From assembly GCF_026571515.1 (NCBI RefSeq), contig NW_026862168.1:62001-126000 (forward strand): a stretch of DNA of 64,000 nt. Reading direction: 5' to 3'. The translations under genes were made by a program, and so were the position numbers. The notes under the pieces are model-generated. The model saw only the letters and a program-made list of their open reading frames with translations, was not told the origin of the DNA and made no database searches. Shown one piece after another: positions 21,916 through 35,439 of the stretch. Source of the DNA: Ruditapes philippinarum. Lineage: Eukaryota. Position 1 is the first letter of the stretch. Each line of letters begins with the position of its first letter.

Positions 21916-24900
21916 TTACAAAACCGTTGATGACGGCGACGAAGGTGGTGATATATCAATTCCTAGTTCACTTAGGTCAATGTCCCAGAAACCACTAGGA
22001 ACCTTTTTCATTTGACCTTGAACTTGATTTGTTCCATTCACTTCCACCGAACTTTTAACGCTTGTATCTATGTCATTGTCAGTATTGTGAACGTCATATG
22101 CCTTTATATTTCTTAATTCGTTGTGTAAATTTTCCCATAAAGTCGAATTACTTATCCAAATCGGGGCATGTTTTGGACTTTTGGTTGCCTCCGAATTTGG
22201 TAAAATTTTATCCGAATCCGAGTTGACGTTCACTTCCGGTTCAATTTTAGACTGGTCTTCATGCCCATCCCATATAGGATCGATTTTTGATGGATCTATT
22301 TGTCCGTCCCATATTGGGTTACTTTCAGATGGTTGTACTTCTTGATGTTGAGACTGTATCCATAAGGACCCAGCCAAGGATCCGGAGTAGGTCGACTGAC
22401 TTCCTTGGTGCTGTATAGCTCGCTGAAACACCGAAACATGAACGCTCAAGCTCACTGTCTGTTTATTATATATAGTTAGTGCATTAAAAACTTAAAGAAA
22501 TAATCGTATGTGCGCCAGGTTCGTGCATTGACATTTGAAACGACTGATTTTGGTGTACAATTTTATTAATTCTAACAAAGTAACAAATATATAACAAATT
22601 TACAAAATGAGACCAATTATTTACGCTATATAAATTCTCAGACAGACGTTCTGATTGCCATAGTCGGTAATGATTGTCTGATATTAGTTTGTTTTCAAGC
22701 TTTGAAAGTAGCTCAAAATTGTCCGCTGTTCGACATTAAAACAGCTCAGAATTGCCGCCTGTTTGACACTTTATAGCGATGTATTAATACTATTATTTCA
22801 TTTTATCACATTGTATTGTTTCGTTCAATTTACAAATTTGTGCTTGGAATTCAATTGTGGCAGTGCAATGAAAAATACAATTATCTAATTCCACCACCGC
22901 TTTTTAACAAGTGTTATTTTGCAAAGCAAAGCTGTGCATGACTGATAACTGTGTTAGTCATAATATCCGGTCGACTTGTCCAGCCACTTCATGCTATTAG
23001 TATTTCCATTATTTGATGCTGTGCTTAAATGTCCATTACTCAATTTATGTTCCAGTCTAAATGTTTGTAAGAGTTGTCTTACTTTGATAATCCTTGCGCG
23101 CTTCCGGCGCTCGCGCACAATGCAGACGACAACAATCGTAACGACAACTGCTACAACAACAGCAACACAAGCGACGGATATTCCTACAATAGCACCGGTT
23201 GATAAGCATTCTGGCATGCTTTCATCAGTTCCATCCGGGCAGCTCGGATGTTGGTCGCATTGTAAAGAACGCCGTATGCAGTGTGAACTCGATTTGCATT
23301 GGAATTCATCTTGGGTGCATGGCGCTGTAAAGCAACAGTAATTTAAGTAATGTGCAGTTTAGTATATTTAGCAAGGATTTTTTATCGACGCTTGCGGACA
23401 CGTGAAAATATTTGACATGCGAGTTTTTAATGCGTGGGTATAATTGCGCAATCATGTGCGATGTAATTATATTACGTTTGTACAAGACAAATGATTTTTC
23501 TAGCGTCATTATTGGGTATGAATTAGTTTACTATAAATGGCAGTTTTAAATGGAATATGAGATTTTAATAAGTTAAACACAGCTATTATTTCAGGCAAGT
23601 TTTGATTGTAATGCAAATAGATATATATGTCTTACCGTCACTAAAAGCTGTTATCACAAGTTTCATTCCACTCCCGGAAATCAAGTCAGTATTGCTGACG
23701 AATCTCATTACGAAAAATCGACCGGAAGTCAAAATGTACTTCTTTTTTGGTTTCGTGCACACCGTCGCCGGCAAATCTAGAAAAATGAAATAATGTCGTG
23801 TAATATATGGTGAAACAAATAAAGCGCAAACAAGGCAAAAATATATAATGGACCACTTGACAGAATCAGTTAAACATTAACGATTTATTTTAAAAGATGG
23901 AAAGATAGGAGGGCTGTAAGACAAAGTTTATGTAGACATGAAATACTGCGGATTCTACATTTCATATGATTATATGAATTTCATGATTGATGTCACTCTG
24001 TTTTACACTTGCACATCTATAATAATAACATTGTCAACATTTAAATATAAGCCGTTTCGGAATCTTATACTAAAACTTACCAGGGTGGATAATTGAAGAT
24101 TCTGACGGCCCGTCAAAGAACTGAATATAATCACCACCTTGACACAAAACTTCTTGTTTGCCGTCAATGTCAAGGTTTTCTATGTGGATTACCAAGCGTT
24201 TCCCTTCCGGCGCTTGTATTCGCATTGCGCAGCGCATGCCGTCCAAGTACTTTGACGATTTTGTCAGCCTCAGTCTGACGGACTCGGCATTTCCGTGATT
24301 AAGTGCAAGAGTTTGGCTACAGTGCTCTTCAACAAAATCTAAAGGAAAAAAAAGGCAACGTAAATGATATTATTTCGTATTTCTAGCGTGCTGACAATGG
24401 CATTCCATAGTCAACTATGGAGTGCCGGTAGGGACATGCCAATCTGCTTATTTGCCAATTGCTTGTTGGCAGACTTAAACTTTATACCAACACACTTTGA
24501 AAACACAAACATTATAGATCTAGTTTAATTTATGTAGTTACTCTTGACTTAAATACTTAAATGTAAATTTAGATTAATTTACCATTTAAAGTATCAATAA
24601 TATAATTTATGAAATGCCAGTCGTAACTTTTCCAGGCGGAGAAATTAGGATTTAGTAGACTAATTTTACTCTATCACGTTCATACGGAAGCGTATCAGGG
24701 CCTACAGTTGGTGAGATGTTTTGCGCTAAGTCGACTTATTTTTATTCGCATTGATAAGATGTTTTTGTATTTCTAAATAAAATTTACTGACAAAGATAAG
24801 AAGCTTTTATGCATTGCAACTGAATTTTTCTCGATATGTTTGAAGCTTTTGCCTCTTCGACAAAAATCCTGTCAAAACTTCTTGATTTCACGACTTTGCT

Positions 24901-25597
24901 GAAATATATAGTAAGACGCAAAGACGTTACTCGCATTGACAAATAGCTCACGTAATTCAACAAAGTTTTTTTTGCAATGATTAGAACCTTCTACGTATTA
25001 CGTATTAATCATAACGTCTTCATGGAATGTTTTATGTATTACGTATTAATCATAACGTCTTCATGGAATGTTTTTGGTCAAATCGAGAAGAAACAAGTTG
25101 ACATGACGTGAAACTTTTAGATAAGAGGAGGCCCTGATAAGCTTCCGTACGTTCATTTGTATTTCTATTTTACCAACTGAAAACAGTTTATTATCGTCAT
25201 ACTTTCTCATAAAGAAAATCGATTGCACCAAACATGTTTTATTAAATTAGTTTTTCGAATTTTCCAACATACTGTATGTTTATCAACTTAGTTTTGATTC
25301 ACATTTGATTGGAATTTATTTTATAAAAGCCTACGTAATTAGTAAACGCCATTTTCTGACTCTATATAGTTTCTTAAATTCTTATATATGTATTAAGATA
25401 TATTATATATTTTTGATGTATAATTCAACAAAAGCCGTAATTAAATCATTATAAAGTCTACACAAAACAGAAAAAGAATTCAAATGATAGATAATAATAA
25501 TTTATATCAACTTACATTCTGGAATAGCCGACTTTGCTAGTTGTGTACAATAACAAATAATCCCAACGAGAAAATAAATCATAATTTTCGCTTCCAT
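21916..25597 (-). CDS. Type-I membrane protein: signal peptide-CUB-LDLa-TM-acidic tail (paralog A)
   Basis: Exons 25597-25516 ([27 protein letters not shown]), 24338-24081 and 23776-23636 (CUB: C...DYIQFFDG...MRFVS), 23324-23083 (LDLa [33 protein letters not shown] plus TM) and 22458-21916 (tail). All junctions are GT-AG with consistent phases 1,1,1,0. Confidence 0.85.
24684..25148. mobile_element. MITE with 8-bp TSD in intron 1 of paralog A
   Basis: TIR ACGGAAGCGTATCAGGGCCT / AGGCCCTGATAAGCTTCCGT. ACGTTCAT at 24676-24683 and 25149-25156. Internal ~40-bp tandem duplication. Confidence 0.8.
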
Positions 25598-26064
25598 TAT
25601 CACAGTCCAAGCTTTGTTTTTAAAATAAACATTTAATTAAAATGAAGCAATTAAGTGACCACTCATTTTCCTCAGATGTCGTAAATTCATAACTTGACAG
25701 GAGAAATTAGATCACGCATGGCCAACACTGTCATGTACCATAACTGGTCGGTGACTTCTGACTGCAAAACTCCCTATTTCATAGCTTCAGGGAGAATATT
25801 TGATATGAATGTCAGCGGTTAAAGTATTTCATTGCGGCAAATTTTTAATGACGACCTTACATGTAAATATCAGTTGTCAATAACTTATTAATTAGATCAT
25901 TTCAAAGTCACGTGTTTTTTTTTATCAAGTTCGAGAGTTAAAACTTAAGAATGTTGCTGTCAAATTTTCGGGTTTTGGGTAAGATGTATGGTTGACCTCG
26001 GTCAGTTAACGCTTTAAGTAGACATGAAGGCTCGAGCACCAAGACAGCATGGGTCGTCTGCTTT

Positions 26065-26290
26065 AGAAAGAAAGAGGCAAAGAAAGAAAGAAAGAATATG
26101 AAAGAAAGAAGGAAGGATAGAAAAGAAAGAATAAATAGGAAAGAAATAAAGAAAAAGAAAGAAAGAATGATGAAAGGATAGGAAAGAAAGAAAAAGGGAA
26201 AGATAGGAAAGAAAGAAAGAAAGAAAAAGAAAGAAGGAATGAAGGAAGGATAGGAAAGAATGAAGGATAGGAAAGAAAGAAAGAAAGAAT
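26065..26290. repeat. Polypurine (GAAA/GGAA)n microsatellite
   Basis: Directly visible; explains the F/S/L-rich spurious ORF 25938-26411. Confidence 0.9.
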
Positions 26291-28375
26291 GTGTTTTAGA
26301 GCTTAAAAAGTATATGAAATAATAAAAATAACTTTTGATTTTGCCGATTCTTTTTAGAATATTGTAATTAAATTTTGATGCTGTTCGTCTATACGAGAAA
26401 ATACTTATCATTTTAACGATACATGTTCATTACCGTTTCAATTTACAATCTTTTTATTTCAAATGTTTAGTTGGTATATTTTCCCTTGTCATTTTTGGCG
26501 GTGCACAGGGACACGCCAAGTGGGTCAACAATTCCTTCAAAAAGATTTTTTTTAATAACCAGTCTCTATTTACTGAATCTTATTGTGTGAAAATTTGCTA
26601 TTTTCTAAGCAGGAAATGACCTAGCAATATTTATAAAATGATATACATTATGTACAATAATTTGATCATGAAAGGCAATTAGGTATGTTTACAGTCTACA
26701 AACACGTTCGATCACTCAGAATATGTAAATTGTTTCAATGTTTAAAGTAAAGAATTAGAATCAGATTGCAAATAAAGGGCTACAAGTGTACTGTTGACTC
26801 ACCAATTGTATTCAAACACTTTTAAATCACCTTATTTGCATAAAATAAGTTCAACAATCAGATTATTTGCATATTATAAATATCGCGTCAAGACCAAGTG
26901 AATAAAAATGTTGCGATTTCGTCCATGTAAAATGTACCGTGTGCGTGGATTTATGGTGTTAAGAAAAATGAAGATCAGATATATTCAAGATAATGGATAA
27001 AAACGGAATTATAAGTTTAAGAATATCTAATTGAACATCTAGATATTAAAGTATATACATGTATAAGTACAGCTTAAAGTAGCGAGTGTTTTATAAAAAA
27101 AAAAATCAAAATCTGCACAAACATGTTTTTTTTTTTTTCATATTCTTTAACTTCGGGACTGGAAAGGATTTTAACAATAGGCGTATTCTGTTATATCTGA
27201 AAACAGAATTAAATATTCCTTAACAAAATATTATTCAGTTTAGCGATGATTTTACGCATGCGCATGGGTCACTCGCTTAATTTTAGCTTCCGGACAACTT
27301 TGGTATGATTTGTATGAAGATAGAAATAGATATTATAGTTAGCTTTATATCTGTCTATTTTCAACAGTTCAGGATTCAGTTTTAAAAAGATGTATTTATA
27401 GCGGGCTTAGCATGTGGTTGTAGTATAAGTTTCGTAGAGCAAAATCCCTTGGTAGACAAAGATTTTAGTTGTTGCTGTGAGGTGTTGTAGAGGGGTTTTC
27501 ACGATTGCAAAGTCTGACTAGGAAATGTGTACTGTTGTTATAAGAGGTTATCGCTGTACAGAGGGCCGATTGGTAGAGGTTATATTGTTCTTAAAATAAA
27601 AACGATTTGAAATTTAATGTAACAGAAAACATATGTATAAACATTAGAATACAATTACTCTCATATGAAATTAAACAAATTGTTTTGATTAACGTTTAGG
27701 GCAAAAAAAACAAAAAGGGTTCTTGCGATTTCGTTTTCATATCCAATTAACCCTTCTCACGCAAATATCTTTATTTGACATGCCCGTCTTTCATTTGGGA
27801 CAAAATCATTCATCAATTTATTTATAAGTACTGAATGGATAGCGACCAAAGTGCAGACCGTGATCAGACGACATGGATATGACTGTTGTCCTTGCTCTGC
27901 ACTTGTCGCGTGGGTAGAATTAGTTATTAGTAGAATTAGTAATTAGCATGCTAAACGTTACACACATTTTACTATTTCAGAGAGAAAACTTTTTTAGGGA
28001 TAATTTGTAACTTAAACGTGAAGCAAATCAAGTTTGATTTGGCCTAAGACATCAACAGAAAATTAGTCGGGTTTGAGAAAAAAGGATTGTGAGCGAAGTG
28101 TGCGGGATAAATACCATTGATTTTATCCTTGAGAGTTTCAAACATACTCGAATAACCATTTTATCTAGTGCTTTAGTGAGAATGGAAAGTTTCTTTTCTA
28201 ATCAATTGCAAAAACATAAACAATCAACTGATTACGATATATTTTCTTGCACAAAAAAAGTTCGTTTTTGTCCGGATAACAGCTGTAAATTGATTACGTA
28301 ACGGTGTTGAAGAGCCAAGTTTCCGGCGCATAGACATGCTATGCATCTAAGGTAAAAAACTTTATCTCCAGTGGA

Positions 28376-30704
28376 ATGGGGAAAAGGGACAAGAGTCTAA
28401 CCAGGATGGGGAAGGTCTCGGAGGGTGTTCGACTTCCGGAGCTGATCACACATCTTGACAGGTTCATTATTACATCGGAAAAGGTAATGTTTATTTTTTC
28501 GCATTTCTTAAGAATTTAGTCCTATTTGTGATGAACATTATTCTTAATTCTTGTGTTTAAACTTTTTGTATTCAAGCGTGATAGCTAGACAATACAAGTA
28601 GGTTTATTTCGAATGACAGGAAATCGAAATTGCCTTCCCAGCTTTGTAATAGTGTTAATAATGAACACCTGAACAATCAACAGAAAAAGAAGTTTACTGC
28701 CCTTGGAATTCGAAATCAAAGCCTGTTATGATAGGATCACCTACCACGTTCCTGTTTCCTTAATGACTGTACCATTTGATATGCCGTTAGTGCCCTTTTA
28801 CAGATAGTTTAAATACTAGTCTCGGCATATATTCGACCAAGGCGATTTGATTTTCATCATTTTATGAAAACAAATACTTGTCCAGAATACAGAGACTCTT
28901 TTTAGTGTTGACCTCTAGTCGCTTTATGACAAATAAAAAACCCAACAAATAAATCAGAATGGTTCATATTGGCTACAATCCATACAGTAATCGAATCGAA
29001 ATAATGTCAAATTTTAAACATAAAACACTTTTACAGCCAGGTTGTCATAAATGTTATGTCTACAAGAATCAACACTCGGGTATTTATCATGCGTTTCTGT
29101 GTAAAAGTTAAACTGATACGGTAATAGATTTAAAATGCCATTTTAGGAGAATCACCATTTTTGTCGCTTATTGATCTATTTTCCACTTTAAACGCCGCTC
29201 CCCCACCCCCTTTTTCGACCAAAATGACCGATATTATTAAAACTATATAGCACCGGTGTAATATCGTTATAACGCCTTTACTACTTGAATATAATAGATA
29301 TTTGATATAACCATTGTTTTTGACGGATTTTTGACATGTAAACAATGGCGTCACGTTCCATTTAAGGACATATTAGATAACAATATTAGTAGTTAAATGC
29401 CAATAAATATAAAACTGCTAAAACGATATTACTTATTTGAAATCAACTTTCTTTTAAAAATTTAGATATAATAATCATTAAATTAAAATGAATTCAAATT
29501 ATTTTATATTCAGAAATGTGTCCACGAAAGTCTCAAGAAATTTGACGAGGAATTAAAAGGAGAAGTTAAAGCGGATATTAGTTCTGAACGAATAGTTGCA
29601 AATTTTGCTGATAGATTGTGCAATCAAACTCTCACTAACGACGAACTTCGTACAGTGTTAAAGCTATACCAATATCATCTGCACGAGATTCATGTTCTCG
29701 ACGATTTATCCACAAATGACGCGTGTGAGGATATTGAAATCAATAATGGAAGCCGGTCGAAAGATGTTCGTCTGCCGAAAATAGCGAAACGACATTTGCC
29801 TCTGCGACCGACAACTCTCTTAGACCGTGTTATTGACAAACACAAAATGAAGGAGGAAATAATCATACCAACTATGGTGCTGAAGGACTCGAGTTCGAGT
29901 CAGAATTCTCATCGTACAGTAGAAACAAGTGCACAGTCTCGCGAAAAAGGACACCGTGAAAAACATTCCAGGAAGGAAAAGCTACCACATTTTAATTACG
30001 AGCATGGTGAAGGAATGGGTGCGCGGCGAAATCTTCCCGGGCAACCCGAACTTATTCGTATGCTAACGGATCCTGAATTGAGTCTTAGCGGAAACAACGG
30101 GGATAAAAAATCTCTTCCGGTCACCGAATTTAATAGGTCGAACTCGCTTTTATCGTTATACGGCGGGACTTTGAGTCCTCCACTACTCGACAAGCAGAAA
30201 CAAAGAAGACCGCGAAAACGAAAAATCGTCTGCAAGTTCTGCAGACGATCACCGGGTGATCATCAGAAGTGGTGTATTTATTATAATTTTGGAAGTATTA
30301 CTGAAGAAGCGCCAGTAGAATTGTCAAGGTCTCACACACAAAATGAAATAGACGTTTCCAAGAATATTAAATCGAAAGAAAATTTACAGGATCAGGAGAG
30401 ATCGAAAACGTCAATGGACGACTACATGAGAAGACCGGAATTACCGGACTTTAAACCTCTCCATAGAGATGTCTACATCCGGGCGTTGGCTGATTCACGT
30501 GCGCGTCTAATTTTCCACAGATCGCATGATTTCGTTAATCAGTTGACAAAACCTTTCGTGTTTTCGTATTTTAGCAGATTAAATGGTCCAAAATGCAAAA
30601 GAGATGGAATACACGGAATGACTCGCATATTTGGTAAAGATAAAACTGATTTTACAGAATATTACAAGTTATTTGCCGATGAAATTAGGCAAGGAAATGC
30701 ATAA
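28376..30704 (+). CDS. Uncharacterised ~432-aa protein, two coding exons
   Basis: Exon 28376-28483 (MGKRDKSLTRMGKVSEGVRLPELITHLDRFIITSEK, donor GTAATG, phase 0) joins exon 29514-30704 (acceptor TTCAG, in frame with the 362-aa ORF). No recognised domain. Confidence 0.75.
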
Positions 30705-31444
30705 TTAGCTCTTGTAGAAAAATGTTTGGAAATTGGTGCAGATGTTCTCATCTTATACATATAACGTTTAATTTTAATTGATCAATGGCCGACCAGGATT
30801 AATTACCATGTTGTTTTTTTTCAGTTATAAACCTCAATTATACCACGTTGATATATTTTTTTTCCGAAAGTAGATATTTTTGAGTATGATGAAAGGGAAA
30901 TAACTTTCATGTACAGACTAAATCAGACTAAATCTGCAATTTTCATGTAATTTAGCTGTTTTTAATGCTTTCGAGGGAACACGTTTCAAGATATTTACAT
31001 GGTTTGTTAAAATTAGAAACATGGTTAATTTTTCAATGTGAGAACACAATAAATGAAACAAAAAAGAAGGATTTCTTAGATTTTTTGTAGAACACATATA
31101 AATTGTATCTCATATATTGTATATGCAAACTGATTTCATAATTTTTCTGTAAATCACTCGTATCAACAGCTCTATTTTTTATTACACCGTATATTGTTAT
31201 GCTGTGATAATATTTATATCAAAATGATAGATAAATTTGTTAACTTTTATCGTTTATTTTGTTTTTCTTGTAAGTACCGCAAGTTACTCTATGGCTTTCA
31301 GTTTTGTACCACATATACTTGTCGGATCGGAAGGGCAAAACCAAAGGGTAAAATAAAACAATCGAAAACACGACAAATTAATATGATTTATCGTTTGTGT
31401 GTTTCGTACAAGTTTTCATATTTTACAAACGTAGGTTACTGGTA

Positions 31445-31980
31445 AACAAGTAGACAGTCTTTGTGCCGGCTCGCCACGGCGAGCCGGTATTACGTTAGGA
31501 TTTTACTTAGAAACAACCTAAAACTCCGAATCCGTCCAAACATTTAATCTAAGCTTGGGTTCCAGCTTTCTACAAAATTTATCTGTCTGGGCTGGAATCC
31601 AAAATAATTAAGCCAATCAAATTTGATCTTACATAGCGTCAAAAAACCTTCAATTTTCACGCCATTTTTGAAAAGCAACAAGTATTGCTTTTAGCGCAAA
31701 GATATAATGATGATAAAATAGTTGTTTTCATGAATTCTTTTCAATAAATCATATTTACACTGACTTTTGATGTAGCGATTTCACCTGTTTTCTCTGTAGT
31801 AAGTTAAATAATTAACAATTAATTGGTTAATTAACATAAGTGTACATCTGGTTCTGTGCATATTTTCTTTTTCTTTTTTTCCGGTAATTTCATCCTTTCC
31901 GGTATTTTGTGTATGTATTTACTGGGATATATCTCCGGTCCGGTCGCTTCCGGTCTCTTCCGGTCTATTTTGACCGGGAT
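31445..31980 (-). mobile_element. Probable rolling-circle-type non-autonomous element (GC hairpin near a CTTGTT end)
   Basis: Perfect hairpin CCGGCTCGCC-AC-GGCGAGCCGG at about 31466-31487 next to AACAAG. (TTCCGGT)n cluster at 31880-31980. Boundaries are approximate. Confidence 0.4.
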
Positions 31981-34900
31981 TTACGAGACTTGAGAACTTG
32001 TACAAATCAAATAATCATGCCCCATGAATTCGCCCACACCCAAGAGAGTTCTTCAGTAATATATTCCTGTATAGGACTTGTGTTTGTCACTCATTCCAAT
32101 ACTAAATAACATATTACAACTTAACTTTGTATAAAGAGACATCTTTATGAATTCTACCTATCTAACATTTTTTGGTCCAGGTCAACAGGCCATATAGTTA
32201 ATGTGCATAGACATAGGGACTTCATTCTATCTGTTTACATGCATCTTCATATATACTCATATTCCACTTTGTTAAACTGAGAGAACTGGCTTCCGTAACT
32301 TGATATGTCACTTTTATTTTGATGTTCGCTGAAGTCTCTTCAGGTACAGAACTGTCATTTTTAAATTTAAACACACCCCTGGAATAAAATTACGAAGCGA
32401 GTCGCTACTAGCTTTTTCAAAAGCTAACCTTGTCCGTATTATAATGAAATTTCGTTAAAGTTGCATGATGTTTAACAATAATATCGAACATTACAATATT
32501 GAGAAAAATGTAAACATGTACTAAGAATTTACGAAAAGTAAAATTATTCACAATTCAAAAAATAATTAACATGTTATATGCAATTAATAACAGATCTTGT
32601 AGGATCTACCAACATAACCTACGCTATTCTTTCGTATTTTGACCTATGTTTGGTAATTTCTGTAGATTTTAAGTGCGGTCTGCAATGTGTAAAATTCTTT
32701 CTTTGTTCACTTAACAATATTTTACTTTTTAATACATTAAATAAATCATGAAAAAAGCATGAGGCATGTAGCTTTATTGTCCGTGAAAGAAAGCTTACGT
32801 TGAAGACTGTGGCAATTTTCAACACAAAGTTGGCCATGTCACAATACAAGTTCTTTGCATAGCAAATTGTTAACAGTTTAAAAACATGTAAACAACAATG
32901 AAAAATATATTCTTAAACACATGTGTACCAGTTAAAGCTATTTGATGCAAAAGGCATAAATAAACGGAAAAGCTTTTTCAATACAAAATGCATAAACACG
33001 TACATGTGCACATTAACTAACATTAACAAAAAAAAAAGACATTAACATACGTAACTATGTACATGAATAAAAATATGATTATTGAATGATAAAGCTCCTA
33101 ACTACATATTTATGTTATCAGATAAAGCATGTGACACAGTTATCACGGAAGAGAATCACGTGACTTTTGGGGTAGCGCGTACTGACAACATGGCGACAAA
33201 CTTCTCCAATTCGGACACAATTTTCACGTAATTTGCATCTTATCATTTAAAAATTCTATTACAGTCTATGCTGTATGAAATATTTTCATTGCCTACATTA
33301 AATATTTGTGATGTAATGTCAAACTGTACCATAAAAGAAAGGACAAAGATGAAAATAGAATAAAAATAAAATGAAAGGATAAATGAATGGTTTTAAAATT
33401 TAAATGTTGGATTGACATAATGTTATTTCTAAATATAGAAATAGACGAATGCAATTTATGATGAATTAAATACATAGACAAAAAAGTCTGTCACTTATGA
33501 TGTACTACATACAAATAAATTATATAAGACATCATAGTATATACCATAAAGTACGCGTACTACAGCGTATTATATTTTGATTATACTGTAAAACCTTTTT
33601 ATACGCGGGCGGCCTAAGCTGTCTATTGCGTAATATTTTTCAATATACATCTATACAGTCAAACGATGATAGGGTATATAGCAAAACAATACTTCTATAT
33701 GTGCATATAAGCAGTATGTCAAAAAATAAGTAAGTTGAATGTACAGTCAACCCTTTTCATAATGTACAATAAGAAAATGAAAGGGCGGTCTTTATTGAAG
33801 GCGTGTACCCTTAATTGTATACCTTTGATGAAAATACCCTTAAATATTTTTTTCCATTATGACCGGTTATGGTTAGAAAATATGTTTTTATTATGAGTGG
33901 TTATTCAAAATCTTTAGCCTAATTGTTCAAATTGTATACTAAAAAGCATTTTTTTAACCGAAAGTACTTCAGTTCTTGATACAATTTGAATGAGAAAGAC
34001 ACGTGCATTAATGACCACTCGTAAATTTTAGCCTTTAAGTATCTTGATAAGTGGAACATATTCGAAGGTGGCCTTTAAATAAGGGTTTGTCGGTATTTAG
34101 ATGATAAATGCATACAAGGAAATCATTTAGATAAATGTGTCTGTCATTATTATAAATGACAACAGAAAGTTATTTTTACTATGAGGTATATAATTAATAT
34201 TAATAATTATTTATATATATCAAAATTTTATGTATTACGTTAGCGCCCTAACTATAACTGCAGTTCGGCTCACTGTGTAAAACTATTTGTAAAGTTTATC
34301 ATGCGGTCATGATTAAAATTGCATGTCTCGTATAAGCTTAAAGAATGCACACCACAAACGTATAAACGTGTCTTGTTTAATGATATTATGGTAGGAGTAT
34401 AATTTTTTTATTTCATTTATTCATTTTTGTTTTTCGTCAGTTTAAAATGAAAAATTATGCATCACATACAACGAATGACATATATATTTTTTTACAATGC
34501 AAAATGTAGGGAATCTTAGTATAAATAAAAAAAATGAAGTAATACTATTAAAGAAACACCATACCAATGTTATTTCGATATAATATGTTTTTAAGTATAG
34601 AAAAGTCGTGTCAATGAAATGTTTTTAAATTGATTTTATGTCTAGTTAATGTCTACTTGCGGCAAAAATTTTTCAATTCGTACTCATCAATCAGGGTGTA
34701 CTTTTTTCTAGTTTATCTAGTATCACATATTTCTTTAAACGATTTTTTAAATAGAAAGTTTGCATTCATTGTTTTTGTTTTTTTTTTTCGAATTGGGGTG
34801 AAATATCGGAAAAATTAAGTTGATATGAAGGGAATTAGAAAAAATAAAAATGGTCTGTTCTGTATAAAAATCTGAAGATTTTTAGTTCTGAATAGCACAC

Positions 34901-35439
34901 GGGTTAAATATCTAAGAAGAAAAATTCACTTCTCAGAATCGCATGCGAATGCAAAAGACAAATTATCAACCTCGTGCAGTTTTTTTTTGTCTGTTTGGAA
35001 GAGGTGGTGTTTTAAATATTATTTTATTTGCACTGTTTCAGAGAACTGAAAGTATAAAAGAAAACGTCACAAAATAGCACCATATATTTTTCCCACCAGC
35101 ATCTGACACCTTCACTTCAGTTTGCTAGGGTATAATTATTGTCACTGTAGGGTACAGCGTTTACTCTTTCTTCCGAAAACCGAAAATTAAAGCGTTACAG
35201 ATTACATATTGTATCTATGTGAGACGATTACACTTTTAAGATCTCCAACTACATGTAACTGTGACCTCAACTGGCGGTAGTTAGGTGTATAAGTAAGTTA
35301 ATGTACACTACTTGATTTTCATATAACTTCATATCATATATATCATATTTCATAGTTATGAACAAGGAATTAAAATCACTCTTTCACCGGAATATTCTTA
35401 AACATCAAACCCGTATAATTTTTGAAATATTTCCATTTC

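Noticed and set aside
25938-26411. 157-aa hydrophobic F/S/L-rich ORF resembling a membrane protein
   Set aside because: Translation of a (TTTC)n microsatellite.
33155-33200. TCACGTGAC E-box and AACATGGCG (YY1-like) promoter motifs
   Set aside because: No downstream exon could be assigned, and short motifs like these are common in repeats.
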